Origin: Dehalococcoidia bacterium
GTDB lineage: Bacteria > Chloroflexota > Dehalococcoidia > Lucifugimonadales > JAGWBF01
Assembly (NCBI GenBank): GCA_965207935.1
Contig: CBDBNM010000002.1
Span: forward strand, 1,129,179-1,193,178
Direction of reading: 5' to 3'
DNA length: 64,000 nt
Under the pieces are notes generated by a model that searched no databases, was not told where the DNA came from, and saw nothing but the letters and a program-made list of their open reading frames with translations. Position numbers and translations under genes: made by a program. Below are positions 46,434-55,313 of this stretch, piece by piece (positions within the stretch are counted from its first letter, which is position 1; each line of letters starts with the position of its first letter).

Positions 46434-47300
46434 GTGCGCTACCAGATAGAGCACATATCCCGCTACATCTATTCGACGCCGGTACAACGCTGTGCCATGT
46501 CCCTCTGCCTGGAACCGAGCACAGATTCAGACCAAAGGCTCATAGATTTCCGGGTTTCCACAACTCCGGAAGCCTCCCTGATTGAAGAGATGGATGTCTT
46601 CGGGAACACCAAGCACAGCTTCACCATCAACCGAATGCACGAGACCCTGGAGGTTGTGGCGCACTCAACGATTGACAAAGCTCCTTCAAGCACCCCCTCT
46701 AGTCCGTTGGGCGCGGGAGCCTGGGAGGAGGTCCGCTCGTGGGCAGGGGACTACCCTTCCTGGCAATTCATGCAGCCCACCCCCCTGACCAGCCCATCGC
46801 CCGCCCTTGACAGGTTCATCGGGGACCGCGGTATCTCCTGCGGTGATGACCCCCTGGAGTCGTTGCTGCGCCTCTCAGAGACGCTGCGACTCGGCCTTGA
46901 GTACGTGCCCGGGAGTACCAGCGTGGTCTCCACCATCGACCACATCATGGAGACCGGCCAAGGTGTGTGCCAGGACTATGCCCACCTGATGCTGACGATC
47001 GCGCGATGCTGGGGGATACCGGGGCGTTACGTGTCGGGATATTTGTACGGGAGCCGGTCCGAGTCGCAGTGGGAAGGGACCGCAACCCACGCATGGGTAG
47101 AATGTATGCTTCCCGAGGTCGGATGGGTTGGCGTCGATCCCACCAACGAGGGCCGTGTGGACGAACGGTACGTTCGAATCGCGGTCGGGCGGGACTATCG
47201 GGACGTTGCCCCAACAAAGGGGGTTCTGATCGGAGGCGGGGAAGGCACCCTGGAGGTCAGCGTCAAGATAAGCAGGGACAACACACCCCAGCACATCTAA
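46434..47300 (+). CDS. Transglutaminase-family protein (Bact_transglu_N + transglutaminase core)
   Basis: 288 aa. Cys-His-Asp core context GQGVCQDYAHL...THAWVE...GVDPTN. Confidence 0.88.
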   Translation: MRYQIEHISRYIYSTPVQRCAMSLCLEPSTDSDQRLIDFRVSTTPEASLIEEMDVFGNTKHSFTINRMHETLEVVAHSTIDKAPSSTPSSPLGAGAWEEVRSWAGDYPSWQFMQPTPLTSPSPALDRFIGDRGISCGDDPLESLLRLSETLRLGLEYVPGSTSVVSTIDHIMETGQGVCQDYAHLMLTIARCWGIPGRYVSGYLYGSRSESQWEGTATHAWVECMLPEVGWVGVDPTNEGRVDERYVRIAVGRDYRDVAPTKGVLIGGGEGTLEVSVKISRDNTPQHI

Positions 47301-47366
47301 GGGCGCAGTTCCACCAATCTACGGGCAGGCCCCGGCTTTGGGATGTCCGATCTGTGGTAGAGAGAT

Positions 47367-47945
47367 GTGAAGATCGAATTGCATGACGAATTCTCCCTTA
47401 GGGACTGGCCCGGAGTCTGGGAGGACGGGGACCGGGCCAGGTTCGTGGCGCTGGCCGATGACCGCGATGTTTGGCTGAACCTGAGAGATCGTTTCCCCCA
47501 TCCGTACACTTTCGCGGACGCGGAGGAGTGGGTTGCACTGCAGCAGGGCCGGGACCCGGTAGACAACTTCGCCATCTGCAACAGCGATGGGCCCATAGGC
47601 GGTATAGGGCTGACCTTGCGAGAGGGTGACCTGCAGCACTCGGCCGAGCTGGGTTACTGGCTGGGCAAGGCCTTCTGGGGGCATGGAGTGGCCACAGCAG
47701 CGGCACAAGAGGTCACCGCCTACGGGTTCCGGGAGTTAGGTCTTCTTCGTATCGATGCGCTGGTGCTGACGGAGAACATAGCTTCCATCAGGGTGCTGGA
47801 AAAGGCGGGATTCCAGCGGGAGGGCCTGCTCCGCAAGGTCGAGCTGAAGCAGGGCGTGCCCATGGACCATTTCCTCTATGCCATCCTGCGTGAGGAGTGG
47901 CAGGGCGGGTCGGCTACCGGCCCTGGAGGAGAGGCGCCTACTTGA
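47367..47945 (+). CDS. GNAT-family N-acetyltransferase (RimJ/RimL-like)
   Basis: 192 aa. GYWLGKAFWGHGVATAA and SIRVLEKAGFQREG. Confidence 0.85.
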   Translation: MKIELHDEFSLRDWPGVWEDGDRARFVALADDRDVWLNLRDRFPHPYTFADAEEWVALQQGRDPVDNFAICNSDGPIGGIGLTLREGDLQHSAELGYWLGKAFWGHGVATAAAQEVTAYGFRELGLLRIDALVLTENIASIRVLEKAGFQREGLLRKVELKQGVPMDHFLYAILREEWQGGSATGPGGEAPT

Positions 47946-48696
47946 AGCCGAGGTTGCTCTCCTTGAGACTCACGAAGCGTCCTCCGCTGCCGATCACCAG
48001 GTGGTCCAGCAGCTCCACACTCAGCAATTTCCCCGCCGAAACCAGGTGCTGGGTGATGCTGATGTCTTCCGGGCTGGGCGCAGGGTCCCCCGAAGGATGA
48101 TTGTGCACAACTATGATTGAGGGCACGTTCTCCCGCACGGCAGGACGGAACACCTCAGCGGGGCGTACCACCGATGTGTTCACGTTGCCCACGTAGATCT
48201 CCTGGATGCCCAGCACCTCGTTCTTGGTGTTTAGCAGCAACACCTTCAGGTGCTCCTGCTCCAGGGATGCCATCTCGCCCATAAGCAGGTTGGCTGCATC
48301 CTGGGGGGAGTTGATGGTCGCCCGTTCGGCGGGGGCAAGGGACACCATCCGCCTGCCCAGCTCCAGGCCTGCCATAAGCTGGCTTGCCTTCGCCTCACTC
48401 AGCCCCCTGACAGCGCACACCTCGGAGAAGCCGGTTCGCCCCAGCCCGGCGAGGCCGTCGAACTGGGCAAGCAGGCGGGATGCCAGGGAGAGGACGTTCT
48501 CTCCCTGAATGCCTGTGCGAAGGAGAATAGCGATTAGCTCCGAGTTGCTCAGCTGTTTGGCGCCGTAGTGCTTCAGCCTTTCCCGCGGCCGTTCGCCCTG
48601 GGGCAGGTCCCGGATGGTCGGCTGGTATGTTGCTTCGGGAGTCTTTTCCACGCGCTCGCCATTAGTCAGGAGCATGCCTGATGATTGCCCTGGCAT
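47938..48696 (-). CDS. radC: RadC-family JAB-domain protein (UPF0758)
   Basis: 252 aa. HhH region (LSNSELIAILLRTG) and JAMM motif (VVHNHPSGDPAPSPED). The 3' end overlaps the GNAT gene by 8 nt. Confidence 0.9.
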   Translation of the reverse strand: MPGQSSGMLLTNGERVEKTPEATYQPTIRDLPQGERPRERLKHYGAKQLSNSELIAILLRTGIQGENVLSLASRLLAQFDGLAGLGRTGFSEVCAVRGLSEAKASQLMAGLELGRRMVSLAPAERATINSPQDAANLLMGEMASLEQEHLKVLLLNTKNEVLGIQEIYVGNVNTSVVRPAEVFRPAVRENVPSIIVVHNHPSGDPAPSPEDISITQHLVSAGKLLSVELLDHLVIGSGGRFVSLKESNLGFK

Positions 48697-48881
48697 AGTA
48701 CCCGGGCGCCGCCGGCCTTGAAAAGCAAGAGATGTCAGTGCTTGCCTTGGCAGGTGAGGAACAATGGCTAGCGTGGTTCCGTTTGGTAGCTGTGTCTGGC
48801 GTTTCCAGGCTCAGGCGTGTCGAGCCCTAAAGCAATCGGAGCTTCCTCAGACACTAAACAATTGACTACAATAGATAAACT

Positions 48882-50255
48882 ATGGGCGTCTGGCGCATAT
48901 TGGTACCAGTTGTAGTGTTCTTGATGTTGGGCGCTTGTCTCGAAGAACGTTCGCAACCCTTTCGTGCGCCTCCGCCTGAGCCTCTCCGATTTGGTTTTTG
49001 GGATGCCGGACCAGAGTTCATCGGCTTCACCAGCCTGGAGGAGCGCATTCTCCACTCCGATCTCATCGTGCTGGCGAAGTTGCGATCCATCACAAGCAAG
49101 GCAACACAGTCTCGCACCTGGAGCGGCTATTGGATGCCGGTGATCGTATATGAGTTCAGGGCACTCGAGTTTCTCAAGGGGGAAGGAACGAAATCGCTTC
49201 TGGTGAGCACTTCCTTCGGAGCATCGGGCGACTCATGGCGCTCGAACTACGAGCTGTACGAAACTGAGGAAGATGCGATAACGGCGGGGCTTCGTCATAT
49301 CCCCACTCGCGACGAATCGTGGGACGAACACAAAGCAATAATCTTCATCAGCGAAGGGCAATTCTGGGGTGCTGATTGCATCGGTCCCGCATTCATTCTC
49401 TGTGAAACTTACCAATTCACACTGTCGGGACCAATACAAGCACCGGAATATCGGCTTGAGAGTCGTTTCAACAGGGCATGGCTGCCAGCTGTCGATGTCT
49501 CTTCCAGAGGGACGGATCAATTCATGCTAAGGCCTCCCACAGATGCCCCTGGGCTCGAGCCCCGAAAGGGCATCACTTTGGAGGATATCGCGCGGTTGAT
49601 ATCGGAGCAGGAAAAACCAATCAGTCGTGAATGGTTGGAGGAAATCTTGAAAGTAACCACCGAGCAGTACGACCGGTCTAGTACACAATCTGAAAGCGTT
49701 CCTTCGATCGCCTTTAGGTATGGGATCCCAACGAGCAAAACGATGGAAGAGCTACGTCAGTCGATTGCGGACCTGGACGCCTCGATCAGTCATGCCCATG
49801 AAGACGGCATATCCGGGTTTGAAGAATGCCTCGCCAACAAGTATGAGCGCGAAAGAATGAATCAGCAGGCGATCTACGAGGGAGGGGAATTGCTCCGCCA
49901 TTGGTGGCAACACTACGTACCACCCGCCCCCGAGAACAAAATCCTGCCCTCCAGAGACCCGTCCGGGCTGAACGTCGTGGAAGAAGTTTGGGCCTATATT
50001 GCTGGTCCGTACGCGCCCGAGCTTAGGGACAAGTTGTGGTTAACTGGGCGAGATGCTGACCTTTTCCAGCTGCAACCCTATTCTGATTTCGACGAAGACT
50101 ACTTGCAGTATCGGATCATACCCTCCGATGTGCTTGTACCAGGCTCCTATCAGTTCCGTTTGCATATACAGGAAGCTCACTTCCAGCCCTGCGGCTATTA
50201 CGACGAACTCTCGGCTACCGACTACTATGTTGAGGTTGTCGCTCCCGTGGAATAG
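48882..50255 (+). CDS. Hypothetical lipoprotein, no recognisable domain
   Basis: 457 aa. N-terminal signal with lipobox (VVVFLMLGAC). Lower-G+C region. No family recalled. Confidence 0.6.
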   Translation: MGVWRILVPVVVFLMLGACLEERSQPFRAPPPEPLRFGFWDAGPEFIGFTSLEERILHSDLIVLAKLRSITSKATQSRTWSGYWMPVIVYEFRALEFLKGEGTKSLLVSTSFGASGDSWRSNYELYETEEDAITAGLRHIPTRDESWDEHKAIIFISEGQFWGADCIGPAFILCETYQFTLSGPIQAPEYRLESRFNRAWLPAVDVSSRGTDQFMLRPPTDAPGLEPRKGITLEDIARLISEQEKPISREWLEEILKVTTEQYDRSSTQSESVPSIAFRYGIPTSKTMEELRQSIADLDASISHAHEDGISGFEECLANKYERERMNQQAIYEGGELLRHWWQHYVPPAPENKILPSRDPSGLNVVEEVWAYIAGPYAPELRDKLWLTGRDADLFQLQPYSDFDEDYLQYRIIPSDVLVPGSYQFRLHIQEAHFQPCGYYDELSATDYYVEVVAPVE

Positions 50256-50418
50256 AAGTCACTCGACTCGCCTTGGGCCATTTGTGTGTTGGGCAACAAA
50301 GCCGTTCCAGGTCCGTTAGAACAACGGCACCAGCTCCGTTCAATTTTGGGATTTGCTACTCCAGAGTCTGTAGACGCCAGACACCAAAAACAAAACAAAA
50401 CCGCTAGCGTTGCGTCAA

Positions 50419-50446
50419 TTGACTAGGGTCTGCTTACGAATATAGA
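50419..50446 (+). promoter_or_regulatory. Candidate promoter of the NYN gene
   Basis: TTGACT (50419-50424), a 16-nt spacer and TATAGA (50441-50446). AAGGAG (50470-50475) lies 8 nt before the ATG at 50484. Confidence 0.3.
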
Positions 50447-50483
50447 GTTACCCTTCGCACCACCATGCCAAGGAGTGGGGGAT

Positions 50484-51023
50484 ATGCCCGAAGGCGAGAG
50501 AGTAAACATCTATATTGATGGAAGCAACCTGTATCACACACTAAGGGAAACGGTGGGGCGAACCAACGTCAACCTCGGGAAGTTTGCCAGCAAGCTGGCG
50601 GGGGAGCGAAAGCTAGTCAGAACCTACTACTATACTGCCCGGGTTGACCAAACCAAGGACCCTCAAGCCTATAAGAATCAGCAGAAATTCCTCGAAGCAT
50701 TGCAAAGGATCGACTATTTTGAAGCGTACTTGGGAAGGCTGATCTATCACCCCAACTGGCCAACCGTGCCGCCGCACGAAAAGGGCATAGACATCAAGAT
50801 TGCGACCGATATGCTCGTCCATGGATTTCGCGGCAACTACGATACCGCAGTCTTGGTTAGCGAGGACACCGACTTTGCTGACGCCGTGCAAGCTGTGAAG
50901 GACCTAGGTCGCCACGTCGAGGTTGCTCTGACAAAGGCCAAAGGTTCGCAAAAGTTGAGGGAAGTGGCGGACCGAACAGTAGTGATGAACAGTGATTTCC
51001 TGTCGGACTGTTGGATGGCCTGA
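50484..51023 (+). CDS. NYN-domain (LabA/DUF88-like) predicted ribonuclease
   Basis: Track ORF from GTG 50475; the ATG at 50484 has the better RBS. Motifs VNIYIDGSNLYH, KGIDIKIATDML and AVLVSEDTDFADAV. Confidence 0.8.
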   Translation: MPEGERVNIYIDGSNLYHTLRETVGRTNVNLGKFASKLAGERKLVRTYYYTARVDQTKDPQAYKNQQKFLEALQRIDYFEAYLGRLIYHPNWPTVPPHEKGIDIKIATDMLVHGFRGNYDTAVLVSEDTDFADAVQAVKDLGRHVEVALTKAKGSQKLREVADRTVVMNSDFLSDCWMA

Positions 51024-51200
51024 AATAAACAAAGGGTTGCAAGAGCAACCCTCTGGTGCTAATCGCCTTAGGTTGCAATGCAAACTAAGGGGGCTAATAC
51101 GCCTAATTTATATATCATTGTCGTTACTACTGTCAACGGTTCTCGCAGTAACTGCTGTAGGGTATTTTGGGAGCTAACTCACCAAATGTAGGGAAAATAT

Positions 51201-51872
51201 ATGAGCAACCCGGGACAACTGACGGCGGATGTGTTGTTGGCCCAGAAAGAAGGGCTGGGCGATGCCTGCCCTGAAAACCTGGACCTCAGGGTTTACCGCG
51301 CCATTAGCTGGATCAGGCGGGCCGAGATGGCCCATGATGATCCCGACGTAGCTTTCGTCTGCTACTGGATCGCATTCAATGCAGCCTACGCCGAAGATAC
51401 GTCGGACACTGCTGAAGCGCCCGTAAGGGCCCTCATCGAAGCATACTTCGAAAAGATCCTGAGGCTGGACACGGGACGGGCCATCTACAAGGGGATATGG
51501 GACCGGTTCTCCGGGCCGGTACGTGTCCTGCTGAACAACCAGTTCGTTTTCCAGCCCTTCTGGAAGCACCTTAACGGGGTCCCGGGGAACACTGAATGGA
51601 AGAAGCGCTTCGAGGATTCTCAGGCCCTGGCAGGTAAGGCCCTCGTCAGCCAGGATACTTCCATGATATTGGCGATGATTTTCGACCGGCTTTATGTGCT
51701 GAGAAACCAGATCCTGCATGGCGGGGCTACGTGGAACAGCAGCGTAAACCGTAGCCAGGTGAGGGATGGGGCCACGATCTTGGGGTTTCTTGTGCCCACC
51801 TTCGTCAAGGTGATGATGGACCACCCTGAGGAGCTTTGGGGGGCAAACTACTACCCGGTGGTGAACCCATGA
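51201..51872 (+). CDS. Stand-alone HEPN-domain protein
   Basis: 223 aa. R-x4-H motif LRNQILHGG (Arg 51702-51704, His 51717-51719). The context DRLYVLRNQILHGGATWNS is recalled from a conserved family of about 220-aa HEPN proteins. Confidence 0.7.
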   Translation: MSNPGQLTADVLLAQKEGLGDACPENLDLRVYRAISWIRRAEMAHDDPDVAFVCYWIAFNAAYAEDTSDTAEAPVRALIEAYFEKILRLDTGRAIYKGIWDRFSGPVRVLLNNQFVFQPFWKHLNGVPGNTEWKKRFEDSQALAGKALVSQDTSMILAMIFDRLYVLRNQILHGGATWNSSVNRSQVRDGATILGFLVPTFVKVMMDHPEELWGANYYPVVNP

Positions 51873-51915
51873 GTCCGAGAGGGTAGCAATCCCCGGGTGC
51901 GAGACTTCAGGCAGC

Positions 51916-52647
51916 CTAGTACATGTGGGCTTGAACTGACGAGGAAACCAGCATCTCGATGTCCTGGATGGACTGGGACATGGCTTGCCCGATGAGGTCC
52001 AGCTGGCGTACCTGCTTGATCCTGTCCGATGCTGTGTCCAGTTCTTGCTTGGTCAGCAGCTTATCGAATATGCCGCATGCATCGGCCAAACAGATTATCA
52101 CCACATCCCGGGGGTCGGGGATGGAGTCGCTGAACAGGACCTCCATGATGCGGCGTTTTACCTCGCGCTCGGCTTCGCCCTTAACAGCCACGTAGCGCCT
52201 GGACTTGAACACCCACAGGAAACGGTCATCCCGGCGCTCCAGGATGCCGTTGTCAACGAGCCGGCCGAGGGCATCCTCGCGGATGCTGTCCGCGTGGCTG
52301 GCAGTCTGCTCCACCCAGTACTTGGCATCGCGCTGCTCATTCGCCGCAATATCGGCCAGGGTCGGGTCCAAGAGGCTGTCACCGATGGGGGTCTCATCCA
52401 CCAGCACCAAGTTCTCAAGGTCGGTGTCGATGCGATTCTCCAGGGCCAGGTCCATAAGGACCCCACCGGCAAGGGCATAGTTCAACGACCAGTAGGGCAC
52501 CCTTGCGAAAGTGCCGTCCTTGTCGTTGAGCAAGAGCAGGATTATTTCCTCGGCGAATCGCAGCAAGTTGACTTCCTTCCCTACCCAGCGCTTTCGATCC
52601 AACTCCCAGCCACCGCCTTCATGGCCTGACGGTCGCAGGAAATTCAC
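51916..52647 (-). CDS. GPP34/GOLPH3-family protein
   Basis: 243 aa. LLRFAEEIILLLLNDKDG...LNYALAGGVLMDLAL pattern. The true start may be the TTG at 52566, preceded by GGAAGGAAG. Confidence 0.75.
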   Translation of the reverse strand: MNFLRPSGHEGGGWELDRKRWVGKEVNLLRFAEEIILLLLNDKDGTFARVPYWSLNYALAGGVLMDLALENRIDTDLENLVLVDETPIGDSLLDPTLADIAANEQRDAKYWVEQTASHADSIREDALGRLVDNGILERRDDRFLWVFKSRRYVAVKGEAEREVKRRIMEVLFSDSIPDPRDVVIICLADACGIFDKLLTKQELDTASDRIKQVRQLDLIGQAMSQSIQDIEMLVSSSVQAHMY

Positions 52648-52788
52648 CTTTATGATAGCTTAGGGGGCGTTTCGTCCGCAAGCCCTGCCGATACGAGAAA
52701 CGGGCGCCCGGAACGTTCTTCAGAGACACCGGGCATTGTATAATGACGGGCGCCGTGAGCTTTCTCCCTTCACTTATGCTGGCAGTCG

Positions 52789-54105
52789 ATGGCCTCTGAT
52801 CAAACCGGGGTAGAAGCCCCTCCCCGGGAGACTCTGCGCCGCTTCCCCCGTACGTTCGCTGACCTGGGAAACGTCTTCTATGGTTGGAAGATGATCCCTG
52901 TCGTCTCCTTCCTGATAGCTGTCATGTCCCTGGGGGTGTTCCAGGGCGTGGGCACCTATTTCGTGGCCTTAGAGAGGCAGTTTGGTTGGAGCAGGACAGC
53001 CCTGTCAGGGGCCTTCGCTTTTTCCAGAGCAGAGGGTGCTGCCATCGGGCCAATAGAGGGTTTCCTCATCGACCGTTTCGGTAGCCGACGCATGATACTC
53101 ATAGGTTTCTCCATCATGGGAGCCGGCTTCATATACCTGTCCCGCGTTGAAGAGATTTGGCAGTTCTACCTGGCCTTCATCATCCTCACCCTGGGGTCCG
53201 GGCTGGGGGGCTGGCTGGCTTGCATCACCATCGTCAACTACTGGTTCATAAGAAAGCGTTCCATTGCTATGTCGTCGGCAATGTCCGGCATCCATATCGC
53301 GGGTCTGCTGGTATCCGTCCTTGCCGTCGTGGTAGACACCTTTGGCTTTCGTAACGCTACCGCGGGCATAGGGGTGTTCATCCTGTTGTTTTGCCTACCC
53401 ATGACCAGGTTCATTCGCAATCGTCCTGAGGACCACGGGCTGAAGCCCGACGGCAATGTCCCCCAACCGGCAACGACCGGGGGGCCGGGAGCCTTCGTTG
53501 GCGAGCCGGAATTCACTACAAGGCAAGCGCTTCGCACCCGAGCCTTCTGGATAATCGCCTTCGTGCACCTGTCCTCCAGCGTGGCCATAGTCTCCCTGGC
53601 CCTGCACCTTATTCCCAAGCTGACCGATATGGGGATGTCGCTGAGCTCCGCCGGTATTGTGGTGTTGACCTATACCGCCATCGCGCTTCCCTCTCAGACC
53701 GTTGCAGGGTACATAGCGGACCGGATGCCCAAGACGGCTGCCATATTCATATTCATTGCTTTCCAGGCTGCGGGCATCATGGTGATCGCGTTGGCGGAAA
53801 GCCTGCCCATGGTGTACCTGTTCGCTGTGCTGTACGGCATCGGGTTCGGCGGCCGGGTGCCCTTGTTGACAGCCATACGAGGAGACTATTTCGGGCGCAA
53901 GTCCTTCGCCACCATCATGGGGTTGTCCCAGCTGCCCAACAACCTTGGCATGATCGCAGCGCCTCTCTTTGCCGGGTACATGTTCGACACCACGGGATCC
54001 TACTTTATTCCCTTTACGGTGTTTGCGGGGCTGACAGCCCTGGGAGGTGCCGTAATCTGGTTTGCCGTCAGGCCCAAGGCGCCCATGCCATCGTCTCGCC
54101 CATAA
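52789..54105 (+). CDS. MFS transporter (oxalate/formate antiporter-like)
   Basis: 438 aa, 12 predicted TMS by eye. GFLIDRFGSRRM loop motif. Confidence 0.88.
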   Translation: MASDQTGVEAPPRETLRRFPRTFADLGNVFYGWKMIPVVSFLIAVMSLGVFQGVGTYFVALERQFGWSRTALSGAFAFSRAEGAAIGPIEGFLIDRFGSRRMILIGFSIMGAGFIYLSRVEEIWQFYLAFIILTLGSGLGGWLACITIVNYWFIRKRSIAMSSAMSGIHIAGLLVSVLAVVVDTFGFRNATAGIGVFILLFCLPMTRFIRNRPEDHGLKPDGNVPQPATTGGPGAFVGEPEFTTRQALRTRAFWIIAFVHLSSSVAIVSLALHLIPKLTDMGMSLSSAGIVVLTYTAIALPSQTVAGYIADRMPKTAAIFIFIAFQAAGIMVIALAESLPMVYLFAVLYGIGFGGRVPLLTAIRGDYFGRKSFATIMGLSQLPNNLGMIAAPLFAGYMFDTTGSYFIPFTVFAGLTALGGAVIWFAVRPKAPMPSSRP

Positions 54106-54108
54106 AGG

Positions 54109-54137
54109 AAAGCCCGGGCATGAAGGCCCGGGCTTTT
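54109..54137. terminator. Bidirectional rho-independent terminator between convergent genes
   Basis: 11-bp stem AAAGCCCGGGC / GCCCGGGCTTT (54109-54119 / 54126-54136) with a 6-nt loop. T-runs are available on both strands. Confidence 0.65.
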
Positions 54138-54167
54138 CGAAAGGGCTGCGTTAGATGGGTTGGGGGA

Positions 54168-55160
54168 CTAGACGCCGGCCTTCACTGCCTTGAAGCTGGG
54201 TATCACCTTCTCGGCGAACTGGAGCATCTGGTCCTGGAAGCCCGACAGGGGGCACAAGGGTGTGGCGATAATCCAGGTTGCCCCTGAGTCCACGAACTCG
54301 CGCACCTTGCTGATGCACTCCTCGGCGCTGCCCAATGCGGCGGCCTGCCCTACCAAATCCTCGGTGGGAGCTTGGCCGGTGGTGCTCTGCTTGTCGGGGC
54401 GCAGCTCCACGGCTGCCTCAGCCTCGGCTGCAGCCCTGCCCCGGTCCGCGTTCATGTTGAAGCCTACCTCTACAACCCAGTCGAAGCCGCTCTGAATGTC
54501 CCGGTTCACCTCTTGGGCGTACTGCTGCACCAGGGGACGCTTCTCAGCGAACTCCGCAGGTGTGACCATGGGCACCGCCCACGCTTCCCCGGAGCTGACG
54601 GCGCGGCGAAGGGCCGAGTCGTGACGGCCGTTCACCCAGGTGGGGATGGAGTTGGGCACCGACTTCCTGAGGGTCATGTTCAGGTTGGTCGTCTTGTTGA
54701 ACTCGCCCTCGAAGGAGACGTCATCCTCGGTCCACAGCTTGGCAACCAGGTCCATGCCCTCGGTGTTTCTCATAGGCCGCTCGGGAAGGGCGACGTTCAC
54801 CGCCTCCAGCTCAATAGGGTATCCGAACCCCGAGGCTGTGCAGAAGATGGCGCGCCCGTTGGAGATGTGGTGGACGCTGAGCATCATGCTGCCCACGATG
54901 GAGGCGTTGTACAGGGGCATTGCCAGGGGATAGGGCCCCAGTTTCACCCGGTCGGTTACCGCTGCCGCCGCCGCCAGGAAGGGGAAGGCGTTGATCGATG
55001 GCGCCAAGCCCTCGGGCGGGCTGGAGATATGGTCGCTGGTGTGTATGGAATCGTAACCTGCTTCCTCCGCACCCCGGGCCAGGGACAGCAGCTCGCTTCC
55101 TGAAGGCAGGCCCTGGGTCCAAGTACCACCCATCAGAATGCCAAATTTCGTATCGGGCAT
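54168..55160 (-). CDS. LLM-class flavin-dependent oxidoreductase
   Basis: Track ORF to 55301. The ATG at 55160 gives MPDTKFGILMGG. LLM-like layout; the N-terminal extension in the track looks non-coding. Confidence 0.85.
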   Translation of the reverse strand: MPDTKFGILMGGTWTQGLPSGSELLSLARGAEEAGYDSIHTSDHISSPPEGLAPSINAFPFLAAAAAVTDRVKLGPYPLAMPLYNASIVGSMMLSVHHISNGRAIFCTASGFGYPIELEAVNVALPERPMRNTEGMDLVAKLWTEDDVSFEGEFNKTTNLNMTLRKSVPNSIPTWVNGRHDSALRRAVSSGEAWAVPMVTPAEFAEKRPLVQQYAQEVNRDIQSGFDWVVEVGFNMNADRGRAAAEAEAAVELRPDKQSTTGQAPTEDLVGQAAALGSAEECISKVREFVDSGATWIIATPLCPLSGFQDQMLQFAEKVIPSFKAVKAGV

Positions 55161-55313
55161 GTTTCTACTCCTCTGCTTTGGTCGAATTGGCCGGAAAGAA
55201 CAAGGGAAGTATATCTCCCTACGGGATAAAGTCAACGAAAGGCGGGCACGCCGGGGCGCCTCTCGATGGCCTTTGTCAGCCCCGGCAGAAGGGCTCCCCA
55301 AAGCTTCAGAGGC

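Noticed and set aside
51073-51177. Small hydrophobic peptide between the NYN and HEPN genes (TTG at 51073, about 34 aa, ...LIRLIYISLSLLLSTVLAVTAVGYFGS), reminiscent of type I toxins.
   Set aside because: There is no ATG and no credible RBS. The longer track ORF (50992..51177) overlaps the NYN gene out of frame. The hydrophobicity may simply reflect T-rich intergenic sequence. Not supportable without conservation or Ribo-seq data.
48700-52650. Prophage or integrative element interpretation of the lower-G+C patch.
   Set aside because: It has no integrase, recombinase, phage structural genes, tRNA target or flanking direct repeats. It is treated only as a compositionally atypical accessory patch.
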